The notes under the pieces are model-generated. The model searched no databases, was not told the origin of the DNA, and saw nothing but the letters and a program-made list of their open reading frames with translations. Positions 39,340 through 53,019 of a stretch of DNA of 64,000 nt are shown piece after piece; the stretch's first letter is position 1; each line of letters starts with the position of its first letter. Source of the stretch: Octopus vulgaris (lineage: Eukaryota); contig OX597816.1 of the NCBI GenBank assembly GCA_951406725.2, positions 20,522,001-20,586,000 of the forward strand, given 5' to 3'. Made by a program: the position numbers and the translations under genes.

Positions 39340-40140
39340 AAAGCACTCAGAGAGTGCAAACCTCTGCCAAAGCAACACCAATGTCCTCTCAATGATTAGC
39401 CAGAGATGATTTTTAAAATGAGAATATCGGAAATAAACTCAACTACTCTCAGAAACGGGAATACTAAAAATGAACCCGACTACTCTCAAAAAGTAAGTAA
39501 AGTGACTGGAAAAATAATCCAGATTCCTTGTCCGGTCCCAGATCAATCCCAAAGTGGAAGCAGTTCATGCTGGTCATGAGGCCAAATGTCTCTGAAAGTT
39601 TCATCCAAATCCATCCAGAGGTTCTTGAGATATCTCATCCACAGCGCAGGAGTGGCTGTGTGGTAAGTAGCTTGCTTACCGACCACATGGTTCCAGGTTC
39701 AGTCCCACTGCGTGGCACCTTGAACATGTGTCTTCTACTATAGCCTCAGGCCGACCAAAGCCTTGTGAGTGGGTCTGGTAGACGGAAAACTGAAAAGAAG
39801 CCCATCGTATATATTTATATATGTATATATATATGTGTATGTGTGTTTGTGTGTCTGTATTTGCCCCCCCCCCCCCCCAACATCACTTGACAACCGATGC
39901 TGGTGTGCTTACACCCCATAACTTAGTGGTTCAGCAAAAGAGACTGTTAGAATAAGTACTAGGCTTGCAAAGAATAAGTCCTGGAGTTGATTTACTTGGC
40001 TAAAGTCGGTGCTCCAGCATAGCCGCAGTCAAATGACTGAAACAAGTAAAAGAGTAAAGAGTAAAGAGTACGAACAAACAAACAAACAAACAAACACAAC
40101 TGAAAACAATACCTCTGCCTTCACTAAGGCAGTGGTAATA
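39340..40140 (-). mobile_element. HINE-type element interrupted by SINE family A (39643-40070, +)
   Basis: Reverse complement of 12457-13122 with a single 3' unit. Confidence 0.65.
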
Positions 40141-40647
40141 ATCCTTTCTTCAATGAAAGGATTTTGAAATTGAAGGGAAGGCCTGAAATTTGTGGGGAAG
40201 AAGTAAGTAGACCACATCAACCTCAGTACTTGACTGGTACTTAATTTATCAACCCTGAAAGAATGTAAGGTAGAGTCAAACTCGACAGATTTTGATCTCA
40301 GAATGTAAAGACAGACAAAATGCTGCTAAGCATTTTGCCCAGCATACTACAAATTCAGCCAGCTCATAGCCTCACTAATAATAATAATAATGTTGTTAAT
40401 GATAATCATCACAAATTATAGTACAATGACAGCAAGTTTGGATTAGGGGATATATCCATTACATCAACTCCCAGTGTGTAACTGGTATTTATTTTATCGC
40501 CCCTGAAAGGATGAAAAGCAAAATTAACCTCAGCAGAATTTTAGCTTAGAATATAAAGATGATGTAATGCAGTTTAGCATTTTGTCCCATGTGCTAATGA
40601 TTCTGCTAGCTTGCCAATAATAATAATAATAATGATAATAATAATAA

Positions 40648-40800
40648 TGCTTTGTTGAGGACAGCAAGGATTTTGGGATCAGTACTAGAATGTCAAGTAT
40701 CACAGAAAAGGACCCCATGAGACCCTTGACAAGAGGTTGTTGCCCGCTCTAACAGAATTAACTGGAGAAAGTGAAACTGAGAGCTATGCGAAATGAAACG
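40648..40800 (+). mobile_element. R4/Dong 3' end within an (AAT)n tract
   Basis: ALLRTARILGSVLE motif, 3'UTR, then (AAT)n. Confidence 0.6.
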
Positions 40801-40805
40801 ATAAC

Positions 40806-40865
<60 letters not shown>

Positions 40866-41052
40866 TATAATAATAATAAAAATAATAACAATAATAACAA
40901 TAATAATAATAACAATAATAATAATAATGATAATAATAACAACAACCATACTAATAATAATAATAACAATAATAATAAGAAGAAGAAGAACAACAACAAC
41001 AACCATACTAATAATAATAATAATTATAAAAACAACAACAACCAAAATAATA

Positions 41053-41085
<33 letters not shown>

Positions 41086-41138
41086 ATAATAATAATAACA
41101 ACAACAACAACCATAATAATAATAATAATAACAACAAC

Positions 41139-41176
<38 letters not shown>

Positions 41177-41286
41177 TAATAAGAAGAAGAACAACAACAA
41201 CAGCCATACTACTACTACTAATAATAATAATAACAACAACAATAACCATAATAATAATAGTAATAATGATAATAATAATAATAATG

Positions 41287-41329
<43 letters not shown>

Positions 41330-41453
41330 TAATAACAATAAGAAGAAGAACAACAACAACCATACTAATAATAATAATAATAATAATAACAACAACAACA
41401 ACAACCATAATAATAATAGTAATAATGATAATGATGATGATAATAATAATAAC

Positions 41454-41500
<47 letters not shown>

Positions 41501-41564
41501 CAACAACAACAACCATAATAATAATAGTAATAATGATAATGATGATGATAATAATAATAATAAC

Positions 41565-41618
<54 letters not shown>

Positions 41619-41720
41619 CATAATAATAGGGAAGACACTCGGCAAGAAATGGAAGCAAATTTGAAAGAAGAAAAAAAAAATAATAATAATAATAACAGCA
41701 AGCATAATAATAATAGTAAT
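40801..41720. repeat. ~900-bp (AAT)n/(AAC)n microsatellite with higher-order blocks
   Basis: agaagaagaacaacaacaac(a/ag)ccatac recurs three times. Confidence 0.95.
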
Positions 41721-41759
41721 TCTCTAGTGATGATAAATTATTGGAAAGAAATGGGAAGC

Positions 41760-42070
41760 ATGTCAAATATGATGATTTGAAGTGGGAAATAAAAAGTCTA
41801 AGGTCATTGAATGAGGTGAGCCTTGTACTTGTCGATGTTGCAAACCCTAAGAATTACAAGCAAAAAGCTAACAGCGTGGATTGAAAAGATAGGAGTAGGT
41901 GTTAGGACAGAGCCTCTACAGAAAATGGCATTGCTCGGAACAGCACAATTCATCTGCAAAGTTCTTGAAATCTGAATGATGAGTGTTGGGTGAATCGAAG
42001 GTTTTGGGTAGCTGATAGCAATGTTGTGTTAAATAAGGAAAGTAATAACTACAACAATAACAACAACAAT
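41760..42070 (+). pseudogene. R4/Dong C-terminal fragment
   Basis: KYDDLKWEIKSL...AWIEKIGVGVRTEPLQKMALLGTAQFICKVLEI*. Confidence 0.7.
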
Positions 42071-42182
42071 AATTTTTTTTGTTTTTTCCAGTTTATGATT
42101 CCAGTTCCATATTGAAGTGGTGTTATTGATGTTATTGTTCATGTATTAACTGCTTGGATTTTATTCCATCCGATCAGTTTTG

Positions 42183-42790
42183 AGTTTGAATATTTGATAC
42201 TACTGCCAAGATTTGCACCCAGGGTCTTAAGTGGTAACAGGTTCAAGGTTGAAATAAATATGAAGGTTGTGGGCAATGAGGGGAGTGGACATGATACCAA
42301 TAGTGACTGGCATGCTTGGAAGTTCGAATATTTGCTACTATCACTGAGATCTGCACCCAGGGTCATAAGTGGTAACAGGATCAAAGAGAAAGAAAGAGAA
42401 AAACCTGAACAACCATGAGGATTTCAAGTGGGAAATACGAAGGTTGTAAGCAATGAAGGGAATGGATGTGATACCAATGGTGACTGGCATGCTTGGAAGT
42501 TCGAATATTTGTTACTACTACCAAGAACTGCACCCATGGTCGTAAGTGGTAACAGGATTAAAGAGAAAGAAGGAGAAAAACCTGAACAACCATGATGATT
42601 TGAAGTGGGAAATACAAAGGTTGTAAGCAATGAAGGGAGTGGATGTGATACCAATAGTGACTGGCATGCTTGGAAATTTCAGCACTCAACTACCAACGTG
42701 GCTGAAAACGATTAGTAGAAATGCTGAGACAGAAAACATACAAAAATCAGCATTTCATGGAAGTGCAAGAGTTCTCTGTGGGGTCCTTTG
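42183..42790 (+). repeat. 177-bp tandem repeat derived from R4/Dong endonuclease coding sequence
   Basis: Units start at 42183 (partial), 42321 and 42498; they read RIKEKE.EK...DLKWEI.RL.AMKG.DVIP.VTGMLG, then ENIQKSAFHGSARVL. Confidence 0.7.
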
Positions 42791-42824
42791 AAGCAGGGTC
42801 AGTAAACAAGTGTGGCTGTGTGGT

Positions 42825-43456
42825 GCAGGAGTGGCTGTGTGCTAAGTAGCTTGCTTACGAACTACATGGTTCCGGGTTCATTCCCACTGCATGGCACCTT
42901 GGGCAAGTGTCTTCTACTATAGCCTCGCGCTGACCAAAGCATTGTGAGTGGATTTGGTAGACGGAAACTGAAAGAAGTTCATTGTATATTACTCTCTTTT
43001 CTTACTCTTTTACTTGTTTCAGTCATTTGACTGCGGCCATACTGGAGCACCGCCTTTAATCGAGCAACTCGACCCCGGGACTTATTCTTTTGTAAGCCCA
43101 GTACTTATTCTATCGGTCTCTTTTGCCGAACCGCTAAGTAACGGGGTTGTAAACACACCAGCATCGGTTGTCAAGCAATGCTAGGGGTACAAACATACAC
43201 GCACACACACATATATATATACATATATACGACGGGCTTCTTTCAGTTTCCGCCTACAAAATCCACTCACAAGGCATTGGTTGGCCGGGGCTATAGCAGA
43301 AGACACTTGCCCAAGGTGCCACGCAGTGGGACTGAACCCGGAACCATGTGGTTGGTAAGCAAGCTACTTACCACACAGCCACTCCTGATGTATATATATA
43401 TATATGTTTGTGTGTCTTTGTCCCCCAACATCGCTTGACAACCGATGCTGGTGTAT
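42825..43456. mobile_element. SINE family A (+) with a full antisense family A copy (42992-43387) nested in its (TA)n core
   Basis: Host head ends at ~42990 and host body resumes at ~43390. Confidence 0.8.
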
Positions 43457-44076
43457 TTATCAACCCCAAAAGGATGGAAGGCAGAGTCAACCTTAGCAGA
43501 GTTTGAACTCATAACATGAAGCTAGATGAAGCACCACAAAATGATTCTTCCTGCTCTGCTAACAATTCTACCAACATGGTGAACTGGAGACACTCTAACG
43601 TGCTTTAGATTTTCTAACACTACAATACTTGATCTGAGTTTTAGAGTATAATTGTTTTAGATCATTAATTTTTCACCCATTTAGCTTCATTTTATAAATG
43701 TTTTATGGCTTTGTCTCATCCTTCAAGTCGTGTGGTGACAGATGATACATTTACCACTAACTAACATCCCAAGCCAGTAAGGGACTAAGTGAGATAACAC
43801 GACCTGTTAGAAACAGCAGTCAAATCTTTCTTACATCACACTCTACTGTCTTTAAAACCTTCACAACAGTATTTAAATGAAAACCAAACCAAAATTTTTT
43901 ATTGATATTTAAAATAATAAACAACTTGGAAAATGCTTTTGAAAAATAGCATTTATATTTTATTTCAAAGTTATTGCCTGAAATGCAACTAAAATCAATC
44001 CCACCAATAAGGGATCGATGCTAGATGTGTTGAAACAATTGTAGTGATTAATAAAAATTCTCATGTCTTTCATATT

Positions 44077-44117
<41 letters not shown>

Positions 44118-44120
<3 letters not shown>

Positions 44121-45309
44121 GAAGTGTAAGGTATTTAAGGACATGCCTTTTATGAGTCATTGCTGCACTTTTTGCTAAATCTGTATAATCTTTGTTTCAG
44201 AAAATAATAATGGCAGACCCTCAACTTATTTAAGAAATGAAGAGGCATGCCATTATTGTGGTTGTAAATGCTGAGCATAGCAATTTAGAAATATCTCAGT
44301 TTTTAAAAGTTACCAGATCTTTTGTCTACAGAGATTTGTAAGGAGCTAGAAACATTCCAAATGCTCTGAAATCATCAGAACATTTGAATTTATCCAGCAA
44401 GTTCAACAGCCCATTGATTACAATCCCAGAAAGTTCATGTGGTCAATTGTAAATGATCTCCATGTGTCAGAAGAAACAGTCAGAAATGTTGACCACGAAG
44501 ACATCTTATATGATGAGAAAAGGTTAGTTTGTCCGAGAAAGCAAATGAAAATCATTACATCAGATCTAAAAGGCTCTGAAACAAACTGAAAATTCACCAG
44601 AAGATTTGATTTGAGTTTTTCTCAAATGAGAAAACCTTCGACCAAGATCAAAATGTTAACAGAAGAAATGACAGATGGTTATGTGCATACCCTTCTGAAG
44701 TTCCAAGTGTTACACATACAAAATTTCCTGTAACTATCATGGTTTTAGGGGTTGTTAGTAATGAAGGACATGTGATACCTTCTTACTTCTTTCCACAAGG
44801 TCAACTCTGCCACGTACACTGATGTCCTGGAAATAATTGTTAAGCCCTAGATAGACTGTGTATGCAATGGAAGGATATATTTGTTTCAGTAAGACTCTGC
44901 ACTATCACACATGGCTCTAGTAACACAGGAATGGATGGCTGAAAATTTTCATGATCACATAACCTATAACATTTGGCCTCCTAATTCCCCAGATCTCAAT
45001 CTATTGGAAATGTGAAGCATTTTTGAGAGAGAGGTCAATGAACACACCCATAGCAGCAACGATTCTTTGAAAGCTACCATAGCCAGAGTAGTGTCCAAAA
45101 TGAACCAGGATCATTTGATTCAAGCACCTAGATGATTTAGATCTCATAGAGAAGCAGTTGTCGAAGCTGGAGGTGGCTTTATTGAATAACATTATAGAAA
45201 AGAAGGTTTATTTTTTATCCTCATAGCATTTTTTGATAAATAAAGTTATTATCTGTTATTATATATCCGTTTTTATAAACATAAATCTGTCCTCAAATAT
45301 TTTATGCAC

Positions 45310-45313
<4 letters not shown>
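44118..45313 (+). mobile_element. Near full-length decayed DD37D (maT) Tc1-mariner transposon
   Basis: Degenerate TIRs (cag..gtg..aa..tattt.aggaca) inside (TA)n; FSNEKTFDQDQNVNRRNDRWLC...TKFP.TIMVLGVVSNEGHV...F.*DSALSH...WMAENFHDHIT.NIWPPNSPDLN; spacing fits DD37D, though the third D itself is lost. Confidence 0.85.
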
Positions 45314-45379
<66 letters not shown>

Positions 45380-45480
45380 TATATGTCTATATATGTATGT
45401 ATATACAACATGCTTACTTCCATCAAATCAAACGTATTCACAAGACTGGTTGATCCAGAACTATAACAGAAGACACTTAC

Positions 45481-45771
45481 ACCACCTGATCCTTGGATGC
45501 CTTCAGCAATCTATATACACCATGCTGCAAGAATTTGCTTCAGGTGTCTCTGGTTTGGAGACAAATTCTTACAAAAAATATTTTGAAGAACCTGAAAAAC
45601 TGAAGAATCAGAAACACTATCTTTTTCCCACCGTCCAAACAGTAAAAGCCTACATAAAAACAATCTGGCACCCAGTTTGACATCTTCACTTGAACCTTCT
45701 CCGATATTTCCTGCCAATCATTGAGACATTGAAGGACCTGAATGCCACTGCCATTCTTCCTCTTATTAAGT
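45481..45771 (-). other. Candidate non-coding exon
   Basis: Acceptor (t)n-aag at 45772 and donor gtaagt at 45480; no through ORF. Confidence 0.2.
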
Positions 45772-46539
45772 CTTAAAAAAAAAATCAAAATATCTGATAT
45801 ATGACAGAATAGAATGCTGGGAACAGTTTATATGAATTATTAAAGTCTTGGTCAGTTGATCCATATTAAATTGATTGTCCATCCATACATTCCCCAATAA
45901 TTATCAATGCTAGCCACTTTAAAAAGAGGATAAAAAAAATGTGGTTGCTACACTATGGTAAAAGCGAAGGATTCATATTTAAATTCAGAAACATTGAGCT
46001 AAATATTGCAAAGCATATAGTCCTGGCTTGCCAAACCTTCAAAATCCATTTCTTTCATTCTGCAAGCAATAACGGAGAAAAATAACATGCTGCAAGCAAA
46101 TAATATACAAATATGAACTGGCATTGTAAAAGCAAAAAGGATTACCAGAGGGGATGAGTTAGGTGTGTGATTTAAAAACAAGGTAAAAAGGAAAATGAAA
46201 AGAGAAAGATGTGAGGTTGGTGGTTATGAGTGAATTTTATTGCCAAGAGGAGAACACAGTGACATTATTCGGCAAATAAAATACTTTGTGAAAGGAAAAT
46301 GAAAGAAACAGAGATATTGTCAATGAAATGTTGCCAACGAAGTAAAGTATAAACAGAATAAAATAAATAACGAAATAAAAGTGGGAAGCAAAATGTAAGA
46401 GAAAAACGTAAAATATAAAGAAAATATAGTGTAAAATATATGGTTGCAGAGTTGCAGTGTGTGAATCAATGAAAATTCTAAGGGAATAAATGAATGGAAG
46501 AATAAAGGTAAGAATATAAAGAATGTACATGTATGTGTG

Positions 46540-47800
46540 CATCTGTGTGTGTGTGTGTGTGTGTGCATAGATTATATATGTGTGTATAACTATAGTACAT
46601 ACAAATATACATGTGTGTTGTGTGTGTGGATGTGTGTGTGTGCATAGTTTATATATGTGTGTATAAATATAGTACATACATATATACATGTGTTTGTGTG
46701 TGTGTATGTGTGTGTGTGTGTGTATGTGTGTTTGTGCATAGATTATATATGTGTGTGTATAAATATTGTACATACAAATATACATGTGTTTGTGTGTGTG
46801 TGCATAGATTATATATGTGTGTATAAATATAGTACATACAAATATACATGTGTTTGTGCGTGTGGATGTGTGTGTGTGTGCATAGATTATATACGTGTGT
46901 ATAAATATAGTACATACATATATACATGTGTTTGTGTGTGTGTATGTGTGTGTGTGTATGTGTGTGTATGTGTGTTTGTGCATAGATTATATATGTGTGT
47001 GTATAAATATTATACAAACAAATATACATGTGTTTGTGTGTGTGTGCATAGATTATATATGTGTATATAAATATAGTACATACAAATATATATGTGTTTG
47101 TGCATGTGTGTGTGTGTGCATAGATTATATATGTGTGTATAAATATAGTACATACAAATATACATGTGTGTGTGTTTGTGCATAGATTATATATGTGTGT
47201 ATAAATATAGTACATACAAATATACATGTGTTTGTGTATGTGGGTGTGTGTGTGTGCATAGATTATATATGTGTGTATAAATATAGTACATACAAATATA
47301 CATGTATGTGTGCATGTGTCTGTGTGTGCATAGATTATATATGTGTGTATAAATATAGTACATACAAATATACATGTGTTTGTGTGTGTGTGTGTGTGTG
47401 CATAGATTATATATGTGTGTGTATAAATATAGTGCATACAAATATACATGTGTTTGTGTGTGTGCATAGATTATATATGTGTGTGTATAAACATAGTACA
47501 TACAAATATACATGTGTTTGTGTGTGTGCATAGATTATATATGTGTATATAAATATAGTACATACAAATATATATCTGTTTGTGCATGTGTGTGTGTGCA
47601 TAGATTATATATGTGTGCATAAATATAGTACATACAAATATACATGTGTTTGTGTCTGTGTGTGCATAGATTATATATGTGTGTGTATAAACATAGTACA
47701 TACAAATATACATGTGTCTGTGTATGTGGATGTGTGTGTGTGCATAGATTATATATGTGTGTATAAATATAGTATATACAAATATACATGTGTGTGTTTA
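46540..47800. repeat. Minisatellite, ~17 units of 62-100 bp
   Basis: Constant core gcatagattatatatgtgtgtataaatatagtacatacaaatatacatgtg plus variable (TG)n. Confidence 0.9.
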
Positions 47801-48025
47801 TACAAGTATATATCATATATACATATATACGTATATCTACTGTGCGTACTATACATAAACAAATGTACACGTATATTTATAGGTAGATAGGTAGAGATAA
47901 ATATAAACATAAATACATAGATAATATATATATATGCATACAAATAAATGCACATAAATACACACACACACACATGCACACACATATATTTATATACATA
48001 TATGTATGTATGCATATATATGTAA

Positions 48026-48066
<41 letters not shown>

Positions 48067-48412
48067 TAGATAGATAGATAGATAGATATATACACATACA
48101 CCCATAGATACCAATACACATGCACACAAACGTGCACACATACATACACACACACATACATACATACATACATACACACACATGTATGTATGTATATGCA
48201 TATATATATATATATATATATAACAGGTTGGGTCAAAAGTTTTATGTATTTCAAGCTTTAATAGTTGAAACAAATTACTTACGTAAAACATTTATTCCTC
48301 AATATATTTGCTTATATATATATATGTATATATACACATATATACACACACATATATATACATATATATACATATATAGACAAGAGTTACACAATGGAGT
48401 ATGGGAAATCAG

Positions 48413-48495
48413 GGCTACATATATTTCATAGCAAGTGGAACGTTAGAAGTGGTAAAATCCAAGTGAGGTGTATATCGTTGGCTACTCTTCAGGTC
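48413..48495 (-). ncRNA. Type I hammerhead ribozyme (slightly decayed) in a (TA)n-flanked insertion (~48380-48715)
   Basis: gac CTGAAGA gtagc...gctat GAA ATATATGT A gcc. Confidence 0.6.
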
Positions 48496-49046
48496 AACAG
48501 TATCTTGATTAGATTAGAGGCTACATTGTCACAAGGAGGTGCATGTTGATGCAGATTCAATCTCTTTGCAGTTCACCAATCTTCAATAAAAGAAAAAAAT
48601 CTGCAACTTTCTGTCTCAGTAAATCACTATTGTTCCTGAAAGTTGTTTTTCGACATTCACTACTGATTGCTCAAATCTAACATTCTTCCTATACCGCAAT
48701 CGTTGGATCTTGTTTTTATATATATATATAATAAAAGAATAAATAAAACATATGCATATATACATACATATATGTACGTACCTACATCTATATGTATATA
48801 TACATGCATATATAGGTACAGGACACCAAAAAAACGCCAAACGCAATGAGAAATGAAAACATAAAAACAGAACCGTGGAAACAGACATTTTTTTAAGCAA
48901 CGAAAAACCAGGGTACAAGACATACAACACAAGGAAAATTCCCCTTCTTCAGCCACCTCCATTTCATTTACTCCACGTTTCGAAGGTAAAGGTGAGACAC
49001 GACTTCGATGAAACGGTCCTTCCTGCAAATAATTTGAGATTTGAAA

Positions 49047-49350
49047 TTTGTCAATCTACTTCATTTTGGTTAAAATATAAAGGATTGAGGTAACTCCTCC
49101 TGAAGATATAGAGTCAAAAATATAGATATAGAGTCAAAAATATAGATATAGAGTTATTTTTTGTACCCGTTGAAGACACACAATATGTTGAAATATCGTT
49201 CACTAGATGACAATGGTACTCTTCTTTTAATTTTGACTCTATATCTTCTGGAGGAGTTACCTCAATCCCTTCTGTATTAACCAAAATGAAGTAGTTTGAC
49301 AAAATTATGTTTTGAACCTGCTGAAGACACACAAGATGTCGAAATATCTT
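49047..49350. repeat. Inverted repeat (73-bp arms) with two degenerate HHR-like direct repeats
   Basis: Arms 49047-49119 and 49231-49304; (c/t)tgaagacacacaa(t/g)atgt(t/c)gaaatatc at ~49170 and 49321. Confidence 0.5.
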
Positions 49351-50464
49351 GAGCATCATACTTATTATCATTATTTTCATTAACATTTTGTTACCTAGGT
49401 GTAGATAGATAGATGTAATGTATTTGTAGTGTGGATGTATACACACTGACCATTGATGATTTTCTTTGTCGTTTCTTTTTGTTTTATTTTCTTTTTATTT
49501 TCTTTTTTTTTTGTTTTATTTTCTTTCTGTTTTATTACAATAGGATGTGCTTAGTGTCCATCTAGACCTCTCAACTCCCCACTTATCCTTTTGTACTTGA
49601 CTTTGACAGTTTTAGGATCCAAGGCAAATAGTCATTCATTGAGCAGTAATGAAAAGAGCTTGACAAGAAATATTTGCATAACTAAATGGTTTCAAGAATC
49701 CTTTTCAAGAATGCATACAAATGCTTGCACAATTCTTTTTCTTTTCAGATGTTAACCCCATCCGCCGCTAGCTACTTACTTGTCTTTTGAATTCCACAAC
49801 CTTGCAGCAGCCACAATCAAAGCAAACATTTTGCGCAAAAAAAGCATGAATCAGAAAAACTGGAATAAATTTAAATATTAATAAGCCTCACTCTAGATTA
49901 ATTAAAAATCTAAATATACATGTTATGCTGCTCATGTGTGGATAAATGAAGATGGGAGTCTCCTGACAAGCTGTTTCAAGTTCTGTTTGCCACTCTTCAG
50001 AGAAGATATATTTGGTTTACTTCCTGTTCAGTAGTTTAGATCAGCTGCTGTGTGAAGTTGTCATAAACAATCTAATTATCATATCTTTTATCTTTTAGTT
50101 TTTACTGGCTTCAGTTAGTCAAGTGGGACCATGCTGCAGCACTGCCTTGAAGTTTTCAGTTGAACAAATCAACCCAACTATTTATTTTTCTAAAATTTGG
50201 TACTTATCATATTGAGCACTTTTTGCCAGAGACATAAATAAACCAACACCAGTTGACAAGCAATGTGAAGAACAAACACAGACTCAAAGACATACATATG
50301 CACATGCAATCATACACACATGCATATGCACATGCAAACACACACATTCGCTTACACATGCATGCACACATGTACACACACAGAAACACACATACACATA
50401 TTATAGTCATCTAAGAATCCAAAAGGTAGAAAAATAGGAACCCCTATATTTGCCAATAGAATGC

Positions 50465-50740
50465 GGATATTAATCAAAGTATACAGCATTATAGATCCAT
50501 TATAGACAATCTTTTATCTGGTTTTGCTATGGATATTAGGTAGTCAGACAATTTTCTTCTAACTATGGTCATCAGAAATGTTAGGTATGGAAAAATAACC
50601 CATTTTTTCCATACCTGCTATACTTGCTATCTCTGATGAGCACAGATATTAGTTAATTATCCAGTTACCTAATATCTGGTGTGAGACCAAGTGGTAAGAT
50701 TAGCTGCAAAGGATCTACAATGCTTGTATTTTGATTAATG
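50465..50740. mobile_element. Old palindromic element with a degenerate hammerhead in each arm
   Basis: atct CTGATGA gcacagatattag...ctaatatctggtgt GAGA cca ag tggT A agat (50629-50700); inverted tcatcag at ~50569. Confidence 0.55.
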
Positions 50741-51307
50741 TGTTTATGTTTGTATGTGGCGTGGTGTGTTGTCTTGGTGTTTGTGTGTGTGTTAATTATA
50801 CATTTACAAGAAGTGTGAGGTTAGTGACTGCTGAGTATCAACCCGCTAGCCTTCATTAAATTGTCTGCTGAAGATTAGCAGGCCATAACTTCAAAGTCAC
50901 TATCATCACTCTTCTTGTTAATGCATAACAAATATGATGCAATTTTTCGGATTCTTCAGCTTAATGTTAAATTGTTCATATCATAAATCGATAACAAAAC
51001 AAGATGTGTGTGTGTGTACACATGCACACTGAATCTTTCTGAGGGGCAGTCTGTTAGCTTTACCTCTCAGCACACTTGTATATATCGATGTATACTCTTA
51101 TATATATTTATATGCATATTACATAAACATCAAAATATTGATGTAATGTCTATTATATAACTAATAAGTTTATGAAACAGCTGTAAACAAATGAAATGAA
51201 CATCTATTCTCTCACCTCACTTGTCGTTTCTGTTCTATTCATACATATATATACAGATACATATATAACAAAAAAGTATATGCATATATAAAATATATAT
51301 GCATATA

Positions 51308-51738
51308 GGCATAGGAGAGGCTGTGTGGTTCGTAGCTTGCTTACCAACTACGTGGTTCTGGATTCAGTCCCACTGCATGGCATCTTGGGCAAGTGTCTTC
51401 TACTATAGCCTCAGGCCAACCAAAGCATTGTGAGTGAATTTGGTAGATGGAAACTAAAAGAAACCCCTCGTATATATGTATATATATATATATATGTGTG
51501 TGTGTATGTGTGTGTGTGTGTGTGTATGTTTGTGTGTCTGTGTTTGTCCCCACCACATCGCTTGAGAGCCAATGCTGGTGTGTTTACATCCCCGTAACTT
51601 AGCAGTTTGGCAAAAGTGACCAATAGAATAAGTACCAGGCTTACAAAGAATAAGTCCTGGGGTCGCTTTGCTCGACTAAAGGCGATGCTCCTGCATGGCC
51701 ACAGTCAAATGACTGAAACAAGTAAAAGAGTAAAAGAG
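51308..51738 (+). mobile_element. SINE family A
   Basis: Sequence match to the other copies. Confidence 0.85.
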
Positions 51739-52494
51739 TATTTATGTTTATACCTATATGGATATATGTATGTATATATGTATGTATGTGTATATATATA
51801 TGCATGTATATATGTATGTGTGTTTTTATGTATATGACAGGTTTCAATGCAGCTTCTGGTCTACCAAATTTACCGAAAAGACATTAGTCTGCCCGGAGTT
51901 ACAGTAGGAGTTATTTGCTTATGAGACTATACAGTAGGATTGAACTCCAAGCCACATGGTTACAAACCACATTTCTTAGCCACACAGCCATACCTGCAGC
52001 CATATATCTGTGCTGTTGACATTTTCACTGATGAGCAGACAACAAACCATGAAACTGTGTCGAAACAGTCACTCCTTCTTTTTACGCATAAAATAGCATA
52101 AAATGTCCTTACATTTATATTTTCTCCACAGTGAGGCTTTGTAACATCAACTTTCAACAATGTGTTGTAAATAAAGTAGATATTGTTTAATTAATGACAA
52201 GTTAACAAAGCACAATTATATAAATTAGACTATTCCTCAGAGTGTTTGTCTAATTCATTATTGCTTATTAAAATTCTACAGATTGGAGAAGAAAGCAAGG
52301 TGTGTTGTCTCTAAGAATCAGACAACAAACCATAAAATGTTCACCTAGAGATTTCCTTTTTCTTTCTTCATCCAAAGGGAGGCTTTCTTGTATTACTATA
52401 TATACACACACACAAATGCTTACTTACATACATGTGTGTGTGTGTGTGTGTGTGTGTGCATGTGTATATATATAAATATATACATTTATATACG

Positions 52495-52653
52495 AAGCAC
52501 ATCTTTCAGTTTTTGTCTACCATATCCACTCACTAGACTTTGGTCAACCCGAGGCTATAGAAGAAAACATTTTTACGAGGTGCCATGCAGCGGGACTGAA
52601 CTCAGAAACATGTGATTGGAAATCAAGTATCTTGCCACATAGCCATACTTGTG

Positions 52654-52690
<37 letters not shown>

Positions 52691-52920
52691 GTGTGCATAT
52701 GTTTGTGTGTCTCTGTTTGTCCCTCCAACATCACTTGACAACTGATGCTGGTGTGTTTACGTCCCCATAACTTAGCGGCTCGGCAAAACAGATCAATAGA
52801 ATAAGTACTAGGCTTACAAAGAATAAGTCCTGGGGTTGATTTGCTCGACTAAAAGCAGTACTCCAGCATGGCCACAGTCAAATGACTGAAACAAATAAAA
52901 GAGTAAAAGAGAGTAAAAGA
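52495..52920. mobile_element. SINE A head (-) and SINE A 3' half (+) joined across (TA)n
   Basis: Sequence match to the other copies. Confidence 0.65.
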
Positions 52921-52922
52921 GC

Positions 52923-52960
<38 letters not shown>

Positions 52961-53019
52961 GAAATATTAAAATTACTAAGTCTCTCTAAAAGAGAACACA
53001 GCAGCGTTCCTGGAAAATA

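Noticed and set aside
40758-41766. ~300-aa Ile-rich ORFs
   Set aside because: (AAT)n microsatellite
45393-45680. Protein-like plus-strand ORF (MLQEFASGVSGLETNSYKKY...)
   Set aside because: Starts in microsatellite/SINE sequence, no recognisable motif and no splice support
48935-49000. Possible permuted hammerhead (GAAA before CTGAAGA, minus strand)
   Set aside because: The cleavage triplet would be GUG and there is no stem I
52025-52075. CTGATGA...GAAACAGTC
   Set aside because: Stem II out of register and no stem I; probably chance
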